Below, piece after piece: positions 33,919 through 44,486 of a DNA stretch of 64,000 bases. The stretch is from an uncultured virus (IMG/VR IMGVR_UViG_3300027708_000002). Its lineage: Duplodnaviria > Heunggongvirae > Uroviricota > Caudoviricetes. A program made the position numbers and the translations under genes. Numbering within the stretch: position 1 is the first letter of the stretch; the number at the start of each line of letters is the position of its first letter. The DNA is taken from IMG/VR virus record IMGVR_UViG_3300027708_000002; one strand, given 5' to 3'. Under the pieces are notes generated by a model. It did no database searches and was not told the DNA's origin. It worked only from the letters and a program-made list of their open reading frames with translations.

Positions 33919-34568
33919 CCTATACTGAACTTGTCCAGTTTGTAGCTGATATCTGTGAGAACGCGTTTCCCACAGCGGATATGGACATGTTCATTAGGCA
34001 AGCAGAACAGAAAATTTACAACACTGTTCAGATCGCCAACTTACGCAAAAACATGACAGGTGTCACCACGGCTGGTAACTCTTACTTGTCAGCCCCAACT
34101 GATTTTTTGTCTGCGTATTCAATTGCCGTAATTAGTAATGACGAGTATTTTTATTTGTTGAACAAAGACGTGAACTTCATTCGTGAAGCCTATCCAAGTG
34201 CAGCGATAGCGCAGCGTGGTAGACCTAGACATTACGCCATCTTTGGCCCTCAATCTGGAAACGTAACAGAACTTGCGTTTTTACTTGGCCCTACACCAAA
34301 TGCTACGTATGATGTAGAAATTAACTTTTACTACTACCCCGAGTCTATTGTGACTACAGGCACCACATGGCTTGGGGATAACTTTGACTCTGCCCTTCTC
34401 AATGGTACGTTAATTGAGGCAATACGATACATAAAGGGTGAGGCTGACATGGTTTCGCTTTACGAAAAGTTGTATGTTCAGTCTATCGGACTGCTTAAGC
34501 AGTTGGGTGATGGAAAGCAAAGAATGGATGCCTACAGAGATGGGCAAGTTAAAATACCCGTATCGTAA
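33915..34568 (+). CDS. head-tail adaptor/tail tubular protein
   Basis: FIRQAEQKI, GPTP..YDVEINFYYYP, LLNGTLIEA. Confidence 0.65.
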   Translation: MTYTELVQFVADICENAFPTADMDMFIRQAEQKIYNTVQIANLRKNMTGVTTAGNSYLSAPTDFLSAYSIAVISNDEYFYLLNKDVNFIREAYPSAAIAQRGRPRHYAIFGPQSGNVTELAFLLGPTPNATYDVEINFYYYPESIVTTGTTWLGDNFDSALLNGTLIEAIRYIKGEADMVSLYEKLYVQSIGLLKQLGDGKQRMDAYRDGQVKIPVS

Positions 34569-34608
34569 GCAGCGTTCAAACCCGAATCAAATCATTTAAG
34601 GAGTAATC

Positions 34609-35043
34609 ATGGCAATCACACAAAACATGACCACATCGTTCAAAGTTGGAGTGCTCGCGGGGCAATTTAACTTTAACACTGGTACTACCCAAGTCTACAA
34701 AATAGCGCTGTTTACTTCCGCAGCCGCGCTAAGTGCCGCTACCACAGCGTATGCAGCCACTAACGAAGTAGTGGGTACTGGATACACCGCTGGCGGTAAA
34801 ACGCTAACAGTTTCACAGATACCTATCTCATCTGGAACAACTGCGTTCATTAACTTTGCCAACGTTACTTGGACATCATCTACCATAACTGCTCGTGGAG
34901 CTTTGGTTTATTTGTTCGATGGGGCTACTAACCCGTCAGTAGCAGTGTTAGACTTCGGTGCAGATAAGACATCCACCGCAGGTGACTTTACAATCCAATT
35001 CCCAACCGCAGATGCAACCAATGCGATTCTACGTATCGCTTAA
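34609..35043 (+). CDS. tail-associated structural protein
   Basis: TSFK, YKIALFT, TNEV.GTGY.AGG, VLDFG.DK. Confidence 0.65.
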   Translation: MAITQNMTTSFKVGVLAGQFNFNTGTTQVYKIALFTSAAALSAATTAYAATNEVVGTGYTAGGKTLTVSQIPISSGTTAFINFANVTWTSSTITARGALVYLFDGATNPSVAVLDFGADKTSTAGDFTIQFPTADATNAILRIA

Positions 35044-35052
35044 GGAGTAGAC

Positions 35053-35475
35053 ATGTCTTTATCAAACGTTACAGAGACCGCAGCACTCGCAGTATTCCTG
35101 CAAGGTACAGACCCCAGCTATCGCGCAGGTGCCACTCAGTACCTAGCCCTGTTTACCGCAGACCCCGGTGAGACTGCTTCTTTGGTAGCAGAGGCCAACT
35201 ACACAGGTTATGCCCGTGTAGCCCTGACCAAGGCCAGCGCATGGAACAACGGCGGCGGTAATGGCGCTGCGTTTACCAATGCCAACCTGATTCAGTTTGG
35301 TGCTTGCACAGCCGGAACCAACGCCATCACCCACTTTGCTGTGGTCGATACAGGCCCCGCCAGTGGTACTGCTGTGAACATGATGATCTCTGGCGCTTTG
35401 ACCTCTACGCTCAACGTTAGCTCGGGCATCCAGCCACAGTTCGGAATCGGCAGCGTCAGCGTGTCGGCAGACTAA
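35053..35475 (+). CDS. tail-associated structural protein
   Basis: YLALFTADPGE, YTGYARV, ITHFAV. Confidence 0.6.
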   Translation: MSLSNVTETAALAVFLQGTDPSYRAGATQYLALFTADPGETASLVAEANYTGYARVALTKASAWNNGGGNGAAFTNANLIQFGACTAGTNAITHFAVVDTGPASGTAVNMMISGALTSTLNVSSGIQPQFGIGSVSVSAD

Positions 35476-36351
35476 ATGCCCTTCGTCAACTGGAAAGCTA
35501 TGGTCGATGCGGATAACGCAGGGCAGAGCTTTTTCAGTGCATGGAGAAAGACCCCCACGCAGTCCACGAATGCGGGGATTTGGTTCGATCTGTCTATGTC
35601 ACCGGGCAACCCTGTGCCGAACTATTACGCAGCCTCTCCCAACATTGCAGTGAGATTGGCCCAAAGCACAGACGGAGGTATCCCCCACGGGGCTAACGTA
35701 GGCAGCGCTAAAAAGTACCTTAAGAGCTTTACGGTGATGACGGCTAATGCGTCAGCGGCTCCTATGAGCTACATCTTGTGTGATTACCTGCTGTTCTACC
35801 CGTTTGTGGACATGTCGATTACTGACCCGCAAGCGCTGGACAATACGGTGACTATTAACCGTTACACCAATGGTAAGAACGTCAAGATCATGGCGGTCGA
35901 GGTGGCGGGTCAGAACGGTGTGGGCAACCCTCAGTTCTTTGTGACGTACACCAACTCGGACGGGGTATCGGGTAGAACAACGCCCATTGTGTCTTGCAAT
36001 ACTCAAGTGGTGAACGGCACAATCATCAATTCCCAGCCTACTCAAGTCAACGGGCGCAGAGAAGCCACGGGGCCGTTTTTGCCGCTTCAGCCGGGCGACA
36101 CAGGTGTGCAGAAAATTGACAGCGTGACCTTTGTGCAGGGCGACATTGGGCTGATTTCGTTTGTGTTAGTCTATCCAATAGAGAACATTGCCCAGCGAAG
36201 CATTGACGCGCCTATGGAGCGAGTGCCCGTGGTGGACTTCATGGACTTGCCTATGATCCAAGACGACGCCTACCTTAATCTGATTTGCTGCCCTAATGCA
36301 TCTTTGTCTGGTGTTCCCCTGATGGGAACGATAGAAACTTTCTGGAACTAA
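35476..36351 (+). CDS. structural protein, paralogue A
   Basis: WFDLSMSPGNP, GPFLPLQPGDTGV. Confidence 0.6.
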   Translation: MPFVNWKAMVDADNAGQSFFSAWRKTPTQSTNAGIWFDLSMSPGNPVPNYYAASPNIAVRLAQSTDGGIPHGANVGSAKKYLKSFTVMTANASAAPMSYILCDYLLFYPFVDMSITDPQALDNTVTINRYTNGKNVKIMAVEVAGQNGVGNPQFFVTYTNSDGVSGRTTPIVSCNTQVVNGTIINSQPTQVNGRREATGPFLPLQPGDTGVQKIDSVTFVQGDIGLISFVLVYPIENIAQRSIDAPMERVPVVDFMDLPMIQDDAYLNLICCPNASLSGVPLMGTIETFWN

Positions 36352-36360
36352 GGAATTGAT

Positions 36361-37482
36361 ATGGCTTTAACTTCAATGGACTCCCTGATCAACGCCATGT
36401 CGGCGGGTCAGACTTACCGTTCAGACTTCAACAAGAACACGCTCCCCACGACAGCCTATGCCGCAGGTCAGTGGTATGACCTCTCGATGGGTGCAGGTAA
36501 CCCTAGCGTCAACGCCGTGATTGGAAGTGCTGCCAACTTAGTGCAGCAAAACGTCAGCGAAACCACCAGCATCACCGCAGCCACAGGAGCACTGGGTGGG
36601 TCTATCGCCACCACTACTTTTACCGACACGACACACGGCTCAGGTCGATTTACAGTCGGTATGTTGCTCTCCGGCACAGGCGTGGCCCCCGGCACCTACA
36701 TCACCGCATTGGGTACTGGTACAGGTGCCAACAACACGGGTACTTACACCGTCAACATCTCCCAAACCGTCACAGCCCAAACCATTACAGGTACAGGCAC
36801 TCCCAACGGTATTTACCACGGTGGCGATGTAGGGGTAAGCAACAAGAGTCTCTCCAACGCCTCGATATTCAGCGCGGCTACTACTTCTGCCCCAGCCGTG
36901 GCTATGTTGTACGACATGCTGGCTTGCTTCACCATCACCAGCACCACGGTCACAGGTACTCAGGCATTCACAGGTCAGGCCGCATGGCCTCGCTACGCCA
37001 ACGGCGCAGGGGTTAGAGCTTTCTTGGTGCCTTCAATCGTCATGGGTGCGGGTTCTCCTACGGTTCAACTGGGTTACACCAATACCGCCTCAGTCTCAGG
37101 CCGTTTGACCCCATCAGCCCCATCTTTACCCCTGCTGAACACCACAGCCCCCGTTGGCTCGATTCCTTACGCTGGTACAGGTATCGGTAAGTACGGCCCG
37201 TTCCTACCCTTGCAGTCTGGTGATTCGGGTATTGCCAGTGTGCAAAACATCAACTTCAACGCCACTATGACTTCTGGTGTGATGAATCTGATCATCTGCA
37301 AGCCTTTGGCCTTTTTGCCCATTACTACGGTAGGTGTAGCGGCAGAGCGCGACTTTGTGAACATGTTGCCCTCCATGCCCCGCATCTATGACGGCGCTTG
37401 CTTGAATTGGGCGCTGTATGCAGGTGCGGCTGTACCCATCAATACTTCGTATTTTGGTCATATTGACACTGTTTGGGGATAA
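36361..37482 (+). CDS. structural protein, paralogue B
   Basis: WYDLSMGAGNP, GPFLPLQSGDSGI. Confidence 0.6.
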   Translation: MALTSMDSLINAMSAGQTYRSDFNKNTLPTTAYAAGQWYDLSMGAGNPSVNAVIGSAANLVQQNVSETTSITAATGALGGSIATTTFTDTTHGSGRFTVGMLLSGTGVAPGTYITALGTGTGANNTGTYTVNISQTVTAQTITGTGTPNGIYHGGDVGVSNKSLSNASIFSAATTSAPAVAMLYDMLACFTITSTTVTGTQAFTGQAAWPRYANGAGVRAFLVPSIVMGAGSPTVQLGYTNTASVSGRLTPSAPSLPLLNTTAPVGSIPYAGTGIGKYGPFLPLQSGDSGIASVQNINFNATMTSGVMNLIICKPLAFLPITTVGVAAERDFVNMLPSMPRIYDGACLNWALYAGAAVPINTSYFGHIDTVWG

Positions 37483-37485
37483 CCC

Positions 37486-38193
37486 ATGCTGCACGGTAAC
37501 GGTTCGGTATTTCATAAGATACCTGCCCGTTTTATCGGGGGCTCCGCTACGTCTGTAGAGCCCCAGCTCCGCTCTGCCTTTGGCAAGGCGGGGATGCTAC
37601 GTAATCGGTTTTACCAAGACGGTCAGACCACCAGCTTCAAGCTGTACTCCATACCTGAAGGCTCCTATGCGCCCAGCGGCAGCCAAGTTGCAGGTTCGGC
37701 GTTTATGCTGGCCCAAAGGGATGGGGCGATGTCCTCCGTCAATTTAGCCACGCTGTCCATCACACCCTCATCGGTGATTTACGGTGGTATCACCACTACA
37801 GGCACGGCGACTCTAAGCATCAACACCAACACCCCAGCGGGGCAGTTGATTACGTTTGGCGCAGGCTTGGCATCGTTCACGCTGAACACCAACAACCCCC
37901 TGCTCACAGCGGTGCTTAACGCAATTGGTTCAGCCAACTTCACGTTGACTGGTAGCGGGGCTACGTTGAACGGCTTTGGTAGCGCATCGGGCGCGAGCAG
38001 CTTTGCAATCACAGGCTACGTCACACCCTACGCTATTGGCTCTATGTCTGGGAGTACGGTGGATGCCACCACACTAACCACTGCATCTATCCTTGCAGCC
38101 ATGAATGCGGCTCCACCAGCAGTGAACATTAAAAAGGTCAACGATGTGGTAGTCAATGGAGTAGGCAGCGCCGCGAATCCTTGGGGGGCTTAA
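37486..38193 (+). CDS. structural protein
   Basis: S/T/G-rich 235 aa. Confidence 0.55.
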   Translation: MLHGNGSVFHKIPARFIGGSATSVEPQLRSAFGKAGMLRNRFYQDGQTTSFKLYSIPEGSYAPSGSQVAGSAFMLAQRDGAMSSVNLATLSITPSSVIYGGITTTGTATLSINTNTPAGQLITFGAGLASFTLNTNNPLLTAVLNAIGSANFTLTGSGATLNGFGSASGASSFAITGYVTPYAIGSMSGSTVDATTLTTASILAAMNAAPPAVNIKKVNDVVVNGVGSAANPWGA

Positions 38194-40932
38194 ATGGCTA
38201 CCTCATTTACCGGCTGGGGTAATAGCTGGGGCAATAGCTGGGGCGACCTAGCAGAAAATTCCGGGTTTATATACGGTAATGCCAGCTTTGCTATCAATGC
38301 AACAGGCGGATTAGAGTCCCCAGCAGTTCCAGTTATTGCATCTGTAGTAGGTGTTGAAGCCCAAGGCCAAACAGGGGCCGTTGCTACTCAAGCCACTAGC
38401 AATGTTTTAGTTACCGGTGTTCAAGCCCAAGGTCAGATTGGGGCTGTTGCTACCCAAGCCACTAGTAATGTTTCTGCTACCGGTGTTGGGGCTCAAGGTC
38501 AGATTGGGGCTGTTGCTACCCAAGCCACTAGTAATGTTTCTGCTACCGGTGTTGGGGCTCAAGGCCAGATTGGGGCTGTTGCTACCCAAGCCGCTAGCAA
38601 TGTTCTAGCTTCCGGGGTTGAGGCTCAAGGCCAGATAGGCATTGCGGCTACCTCTGCTGGGCTAACAACATTTGTTGTAGGTGTTCAGGCCCAAGGTCAG
38701 ATAGGCACTGCTGCTATCGCAGCTTCTGGTAACGCTACCACTTCTGGCGTCCAATCTAGCGGCCAATCTGGCAGCGTAATTGCGCAGGGTTCCAGCACAG
38801 TACTTGTTTCTGGAGTTCAGTCTGAGGGTCAGTTAGGAGAAGTTGTAGCCAACCCAATGCGTGGGGTTGCATCTTTCAGTTTCTTTGCATTCCAAGGAAC
38901 TCCGGTAAATGTTACGGTAGCGTTCCAAGGCTGGGGTCAACAAGGCTGGGGTCAACAAGGCTGGGGTGTTGGAAACTCTAATGTCACGGGCACCGGAGCA
39001 GTAGGTACAGTATCAGTTCAAATAGCAGCTACCGCTGCTACTTTAGGTGTCCAAGCCCAAGGTCAAATTGGCACTGCATCGGTTCAAGTAGTAGCTAACG
39101 TAAGCGCTAGCGGTGTTCAAGCTCAAGGACAAACAGGTACTGTAGCCGGAGTTGCTTCTGCCAATGTGTACCCAACAGGTGTTCAGGCTCAGGGCCAAGT
39201 TGGTAATGTCACTGTCCAAGCGGCGGCTAATTTCGCTGTTACCGGGGTACAGGCTCAAGGCCAAATAGGTAGCGCAGTAGTTGCAGCGAACGCCAATACA
39301 TTCCCAGCGGGGGTTCAGGCGCAAGGTCAGGTTGGTGCCGTAAGTATCTCAACTTCTGCCAATGTATATCCAGTTGGGGCGCAGGCTCAAGGGCAAATAG
39401 GTACAGTATTAGTTCAAGCTGCGACTAATGTAAGCGTTTCTGGGATACAGGCTCAAGGCCAAACAGGCGATGTAAATGTAGTTGCTACTGGGGCTGTTTA
39501 CCCGTTAGGAGTTCAGGCTCAAGGCCAATTAGGCACTACCCAAGTAGTAGCTAGCGCCATCGTATACCCCACAGGTACACAAGCCCAAGGCGTATTGGGT
39601 TCAATAGTCGTTACCAACGGTGCAACCGTCTATCCAGTAGGAGTTCAGGCTCAGGGTCAGGTTGGCAACATAGCAGGTGTTACCAGCGCCAACATATATC
39701 CCACAGGTATACAAGCCCAAGGTCAAACTGGCAATGTAAGCATTTCAACTTCTGCCAACGTATATCCAGTAGGCGTACAGAGTCAAGGTCAAGCTGGCAA
39801 CGTAGGCATCTCAACTTCCGCCAACGTTTACCTCACAGGTACACAAGTACAGGGTCAGGTCGGCACCGTAGTAGGTTCTGCTGGCAACACCACATACGTA
39901 ACAGGAGTTATCACCCAAGGTCAGGCTGGCAATGTAGTTATTACCACATCTGCCAATGTGTTCCCGACAGGAGTTAGCGCTCAAGGACAAGTTGGCACTG
40001 TAATTGCTAGCGCCGCAGCTACTGCGGGCGTTTCTGGGGTGCAGGCTGAAGGCCGAGTTGGTGCTGTATTCACTGCTGCTAATGCGACTATCTACCCCAT
40101 AGGGGTTCAAACAAACAGTCAGGTTGGCGCGGTATTTGTTGCCACTGGCGCGACTATCTACCCCATAGGGGTTCAAACGAATAATCAGATCGGTACTGCG
40201 ACTGTCCAAGCAGCAGCTACTGCGGGCGTTTCTGGAGCGCAAGCTGAAGGCCAAGTTGGCGTTGTATCCACTGCCACTGGCGCAACTATATACCCCACGG
40301 GGGTTCAAACAGATAGTCAGGTTGGCGCTGTATTTATCGCCACTGGCATGACTGTTTATCCATTAGGGGTACAGGCTCAAAGCGAATTGGGCGCAGTTAC
40401 CGTTTCTGCCCAAATAGCTGGCACTGCCAATACCACGGGGGTACAAGCCGGCGGTCAAATAGGTGTCGTAGCTATCCAAGCCGCAGCCAATACAGACATC
40501 TTTACGGTTCAAACCGAAGGTCGAATTGGTACTGTAGATGTTCAAACTGGGGCTAATACAGGCGTTAGTGGCGTTCAATCCCAGAGCCAAACAGGGAATG
40601 TGCAAGTAACTACTGGCTTTGGTGACTTTGCGGCTACTACCGTAGTCCAAAGTGTGGGATATGTTGGTAACATATCTTTTGCTGCGCAGTCTGCGGTGTA
40701 TGTGACAGGGGTTCAGGCCGTTGGCTACGTTGGATACGTCAACATTTGGTCAAACATAAACACCAACCAAAACGCAATATGGCAAAATGTAGGTGACAGC
40801 CAGAACGCAATGTGGGATATTATCAGTAATGCTCAGACTGGAAACTGGATAGACGTTAACGAAAGTTCAACGGCGAATTGGGAGCCCGCAGATGATATCC
40901 AAAACGCCGATTGGGAACAGATAGCAGCATAA
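38194..40932 (+). CDS. long repetitive fibre protein (19-aa GVQAQGQ.G repeats)
   Basis: dozens of 19-aa repeats; WG motifs; periodic Trp C-terminus. Confidence 0.75.
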   Translation: MATSFTGWGNSWGNSWGDLAENSGFIYGNASFAINATGGLESPAVPVIASVVGVEAQGQTGAVATQATSNVLVTGVQAQGQIGAVATQATSNVSATGVGAQGQIGAVATQATSNVSATGVGAQGQIGAVATQAASNVLASGVEAQGQIGIAATSAGLTTFVVGVQAQGQIGTAAIAASGNATTSGVQSSGQSGSVIAQGSSTVLVSGVQSEGQLGEVVANPMRGVASFSFFAFQGTPVNVTVAFQGWGQQGWGQQGWGVGNSNVTGTGAVGTVSVQIAATAATLGVQAQGQIGTASVQVVANVSASGVQAQGQTGTVAGVASANVYPTGVQAQGQVGNVTVQAAANFAVTGVQAQGQIGSAVVAANANTFPAGVQAQGQVGAVSISTSANVYPVGAQAQGQIGTVLVQAATNVSVSGIQAQGQTGDVNVVATGAVYPLGVQAQGQLGTTQVVASAIVYPTGTQAQGVLGSIVVTNGATVYPVGVQAQGQVGNIAGVTSANIYPTGIQAQGQTGNVSISTSANVYPVGVQSQGQAGNVGISTSANVYLTGTQVQGQVGTVVGSAGNTTYVTGVITQGQAGNVVITTSANVFPTGVSAQGQVGTVIASAAATAGVSGVQAEGRVGAVFTAANATIYPIGVQTNSQVGAVFVATGATIYPIGVQTNNQIGTATVQAAATAGVSGAQAEGQVGVVSTATGATIYPTGVQTDSQVGAVFIATGMTVYPLGVQAQSELGAVTVSAQIAGTANTTGVQAGGQIGVVAIQAAANTDIFTVQTEGRIGTVDVQTGANTGVSGVQSQSQTGNVQVTTGFGDFAATTVVQSVGYVGNISFAAQSAVYVTGVQAVGYVGYVNIWSNINTNQNAIWQNVGDSQNAMWDIISNAQTGNWIDVNESSTANWEPADDIQNADWEQIAA

Positions 40933-40942
40933 AGGAAAAAAC

Positions 40943-43900
40943 ATGACTACAGCATACACCTCTCTTCTTGGCCTAGCACTACCTGTTACAAGTGAGTTGT
41001 CTGGTACTTGGGGTGATACAGTTAACAACTCTATTACGTCCTTATTGGATTCCGCTGTTGCTGGTACAACCACTCTGAGCACTGATGCAGACATAACCCT
41101 CACTACTACGAACGGCGCAGATAACCAAGCGCGAGCAGCGATCATCCTCTGGAACCCGGCCTCGGGTTCAGTCACCCGAAATATTACTGCCCCAGCCCAA
41201 AGTAAAGCCTATGTTGTTATCAACGCTACTGGAGGCACTCAGTCCATCGTATTGCGTGGGGTAGGGCCAACCACAGGGGTAACCATAGCAGCCGGAGAGA
41301 AAGCCCTATGCGCTTGGAATGGTTCTGATTTTGTAAAGGTCAGTTCAACACTTATAACCATAGGCGGCTCAAACACCCAAGTTCAGTTTAACAACTCGGG
41401 CGTGTTGGGTGGCTCTGCCAACCTGACATTTAACGGTACTACCCTAACAGCAGGTGGTTTTGCTGGCCCACACAACGGTACTGTGGGTGCTACTACTCCT
41501 ACTACTGGTGCTTTTACTACTGTGACCGCTACTGGCGGTGTAGATAAACTGACTACTGCATCTGGCGTTGTTTCTGTTGCAGCATCTTCTGCTCCGACAG
41601 CGGGTCAGGTTTTGACAGCAACTAGCGGTACTGTTGCCACATGGCAGACACCATCAGCAGCGAGCGGCGATGTGGTTGGCCCAGCGTCTGCGACAGCTAA
41701 CAGCATTGCACTGTTTAACAGCACCACAGGCAAGTTGATTAAAGACTCAGCCGCATCTGACGGTTTGATCTATGGCCTTACGGTAGGACGCGGTGCAGGT
41801 GCTGTGTCTTCTAATACGGCGCTGGGCATGTCGGCACTTGCTAGCAACACCACAGGCTACAGCAACGCAGCTAATGGATATCAAGCGCTAGCATCCAACA
41901 CAACTGGCGTCTTCAACACAGCTAATGGGGCTCAAGCGCTGGTGCAAAACACCGAGGGCAACTCCAACACAGCTAATGGATATCAAACGCTGTTCTCCAA
42001 CATCGATGGCAGCAGCAATACTGCGGTGGGAGATAGTGTGCTGTACTACAACACCACAGGCAGCAACAACACAGCTAGTGGATATAACGCGCTGACTTAC
42101 AACACCACAGGAAACAACAACACAGCTAATGGGCTTCAAGCGCTGTACTCCAACACCACAGGCGGCGCCAACACAGCTAATGGAGCTACTGCACTGCTTT
42201 TCAACACCACGGGAAACAACAACACGGCTAATGGATTTAGTGCGCTGTTCTTCAACAACGGAGGCATCGGCAATGTAGCTACTGGATTTCAGACGCTGCG
42301 TTCCAACACCGAAGGCACATTTAACTGTGCTAATGGATATCAAACGATGTTCAGCAGCACCACAGGCAGCAACAACGCAGCTAATGGAACTCAAGCGCTG
42401 TACAACAATACCACGGGAAACAGCAACGCAGCTAATGGAACTTTTGCGCTGTACGCCAACATTACAGGCAGCGGCAACACGGCTAATGGATATAGAGCGC
42501 TGTACACCAGCACCACAGCGTCTTCTAATACTGCTGTAGGTTATAACTCTGCTAGTGCCATTACCACAGGCTCTAAGAACTCTATCATTGGTTCATACAG
42601 TGGCAACCAAGGCGGCCTTGATATCCGCACAGCCAACAACTACATTGTGCTGTCTGATGGGGATGGGAATCCACGTTTAGTATTCAATACTACAGGTGCT
42701 ATGGGTCTAAATGGTGCCAACTATGGCACAGCAGGACAGGTATTAACTTCTCAAGGTACAGGTGCACCTACTTGGACTACTCCTTCAGGCTCTAGTACTT
42801 TTGCAACTGATATAGCAGTTAATGGTCTTACAGTAGGACGTGGCCTAGGTGGTGATGAGTCAAACACAGTACTCGGCATATTGGCACTTGCTAGTAACAG
42901 CGGTGGTAGCAGCAACGTAGCTACTGGATATGCTGCACTGCGTTCCAACACCACAGGTGCAAACAACGTAGCTAATGGAGCTGCTGCGCTGTACAAAAAC
43001 ACCGAGGGCAACGGCAACACAGCTAATGGGCTTCAAGCGCTGTACTCCAACACCACAGGCAGCAACAACACAGCTAGTGGAGCTTATGCGCTGACTTACA
43101 ACACCACAGGCAGCAACAACGTAGCTAATGGAGGGAGTGCGCTATACTACAACACCACAGGCGACAGCAACGCAGCTAATGGAGTGAATGCGCTGTACAA
43201 CAACACCACAGGCTACAACAACGTAGCTAATGGAGCTTATGCGCTGTACAACAACACCACGGGAAACCACAACACGGCTAATGGATATTATGCGCTGATC
43301 TCCAACACCACAGGCAACAACAACGTAGCTAATGGAGCTGCTGCGCTGCTCTCCAACACCACAGGCGGCGAAAACGTGGCTAATGGATATCTAACACTGC
43401 GTTCCAACACCACAGGCAGCAGCAACGCAGCTAATGGATATCAAGCGCTGTACTCCAACACCACAGGCAACGGCAACACAGCTAATGGATATCAAGCGCT
43501 GTACACCAGCACCACAGGCAGCAACAACGTAGCTAATGGATATAGGGCGCTGTACTTCAACACCACAGGCGGCGACAACGCGGCTAATGGATATTATGCG
43601 CTGTACGCCAACACCGGAGGCGGAAACAACACAGCTAGTGGATCTTATGCGCTGAGCGCCAACACCACAGGCAGCAACAACACAGCTAATGGACTTAGTG
43701 CGCTGAGCGCCAACACCACAGGTGCAAACAACACGGCTAATGGATATAGAGCGCTGTACGCCAACACCACAGGCAGCGGTAACACAGCGATAAGCCCCCT
43801 AAACTCAGCAGGTACATACGCTCCAGTATTTAACCCGACTACAGAAAACAACAGGTTCTGTATGGGTTCTACGGGCGTAACCAATGCTTACATTCAAGTT

Positions 43901-44245
43901 GCTTGGACTGTGGTATCTGATGCGCGGGACAAAACCGATTTTGCTCCAGTACCTCACGGTTTAGATTTTGTTTGCAAAATGCAACCAACAGCATACCGAT
44001 ACAAGATTGACCGTAAAGCCGAAGAAGGTCACGGCCCAGTGCGTTATGGTTTTAAGGCTCAAGAAATCTTAGCTCTTGAAGGCGAAAACCCAGTCATCGT
44101 TGATGCTGAAGACGATGAAAAGCTGCGCTTTAATGACCAGTCGTTACTGGCTATTTTAGTTAACGCTATCAAAGAACTCAAATCCGAGGTGGATAACCTC
44201 AAATCCGAGGTGTATAACCTCAAATCTCAACTTAAAGGAGCTTAA
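40943..44245 (+). CDS. tail fibre with 14-aa repeats and C-terminal S74-type intramolecular chaperone
   Basis: NTTGxxNTANGxxAL repeats; SDARDK...GFKAQE...LVNAIKEL. Confidence 0.85.
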   Translation: MTTAYTSLLGLALPVTSELSGTWGDTVNNSITSLLDSAVAGTTTLSTDADITLTTTNGADNQARAAIILWNPASGSVTRNITAPAQSKAYVVINATGGTQSIVLRGVGPTTGVTIAAGEKALCAWNGSDFVKVSSTLITIGGSNTQVQFNNSGVLGGSANLTFNGTTLTAGGFAGPHNGTVGATTPTTGAFTTVTATGGVDKLTTASGVVSVAASSAPTAGQVLTATSGTVATWQTPSAASGDVVGPASATANSIALFNSTTGKLIKDSAASDGLIYGLTVGRGAGAVSSNTALGMSALASNTTGYSNAANGYQALASNTTGVFNTANGAQALVQNTEGNSNTANGYQTLFSNIDGSSNTAVGDSVLYYNTTGSNNTASGYNALTYNTTGNNNTANGLQALYSNTTGGANTANGATALLFNTTGNNNTANGFSALFFNNGGIGNVATGFQTLRSNTEGTFNCANGYQTMFSSTTGSNNAANGTQALYNNTTGNSNAANGTFALYANITGSGNTANGYRALYTSTTASSNTAVGYNSASAITTGSKNSIIGSYSGNQGGLDIRTANNYIVLSDGDGNPRLVFNTTGAMGLNGANYGTAGQVLTSQGTGAPTWTTPSGSSTFATDIAVNGLTVGRGLGGDESNTVLGILALASNSGGSSNVATGYAALRSNTTGANNVANGAAALYKNTEGNGNTANGLQALYSNTTGSNNTASGAYALTYNTTGSNNVANGGSALYYNTTGDSNAANGVNALYNNTTGYNNVANGAYALYNNTTGNHNTANGYYALISNTTGNNNVANGAAALLSNTTGGENVANGYLTLRSNTTGSSNAANGYQALYSNTTGNGNTANGYQALYTSTTGSNNVANGYRALYFNTTGGDNAANGYYALYANTGGGNNTASGSYALSANTTGSNNTANGLSALSANTTGANNTANGYRALYANTTGSGNTAISPLNSAGTYAPVFNPTTENNRFCMGSTGVTNAYIQVAWTVVSDARDKTDFAPVPHGLDFVCKMQPTAYRYKIDRKAEEGHGPVRYGFKAQEILALEGENPVIVDAEDDEKLRFNDQSLLAILVNAIKELKSEVDNLKSEVYNLKSQLKGA

Positions 44246-44247
44246 TC

Positions 44248-44469
44248 ATGTCTGAAATCATTGAACAAACCACCGCAGAAGAAGTTGCACGGAACTATTC
44301 TGCATGTATGGACAGCGTAAACCTTATCAACGCTGGAAAGCCCGAAGGCATGAAAGATGCTGAATGGGCTGACTGCTTGGAGCGCAATAAAGCTCACTTA
44401 AAAATTATGTTAGCAAAGACGTACTGGACAACAGAAGACCTCACACCTTTGCAAAACGCATCGAAGTAG
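44248..44469 (+). CDS. small protein, possible fibre assembly factor
   Basis: follows the fibre gene; AAGGAG RBS. Confidence 0.55.
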   Translation: MSEIIEQTTAEEVARNYSACMDSVNLINAGKPEGMKDAEWADCLERNKAHLKIMLAKTYWTTEDLTPLQNASK

Positions 44470-44486
44470 AAGTAGATCAGTAATTT

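Noticed and set aside
44177..44227. 21-bp tandem duplication at the end of the fibre gene
   Set aside because: Simple heptad duplication in the chaperone coiled coil.
40943..44245. Diversity-generating retroelement acting on the fibre
   Set aside because: No reverse transcriptase ORF and no template/variable repeat pair differing only at adenines.
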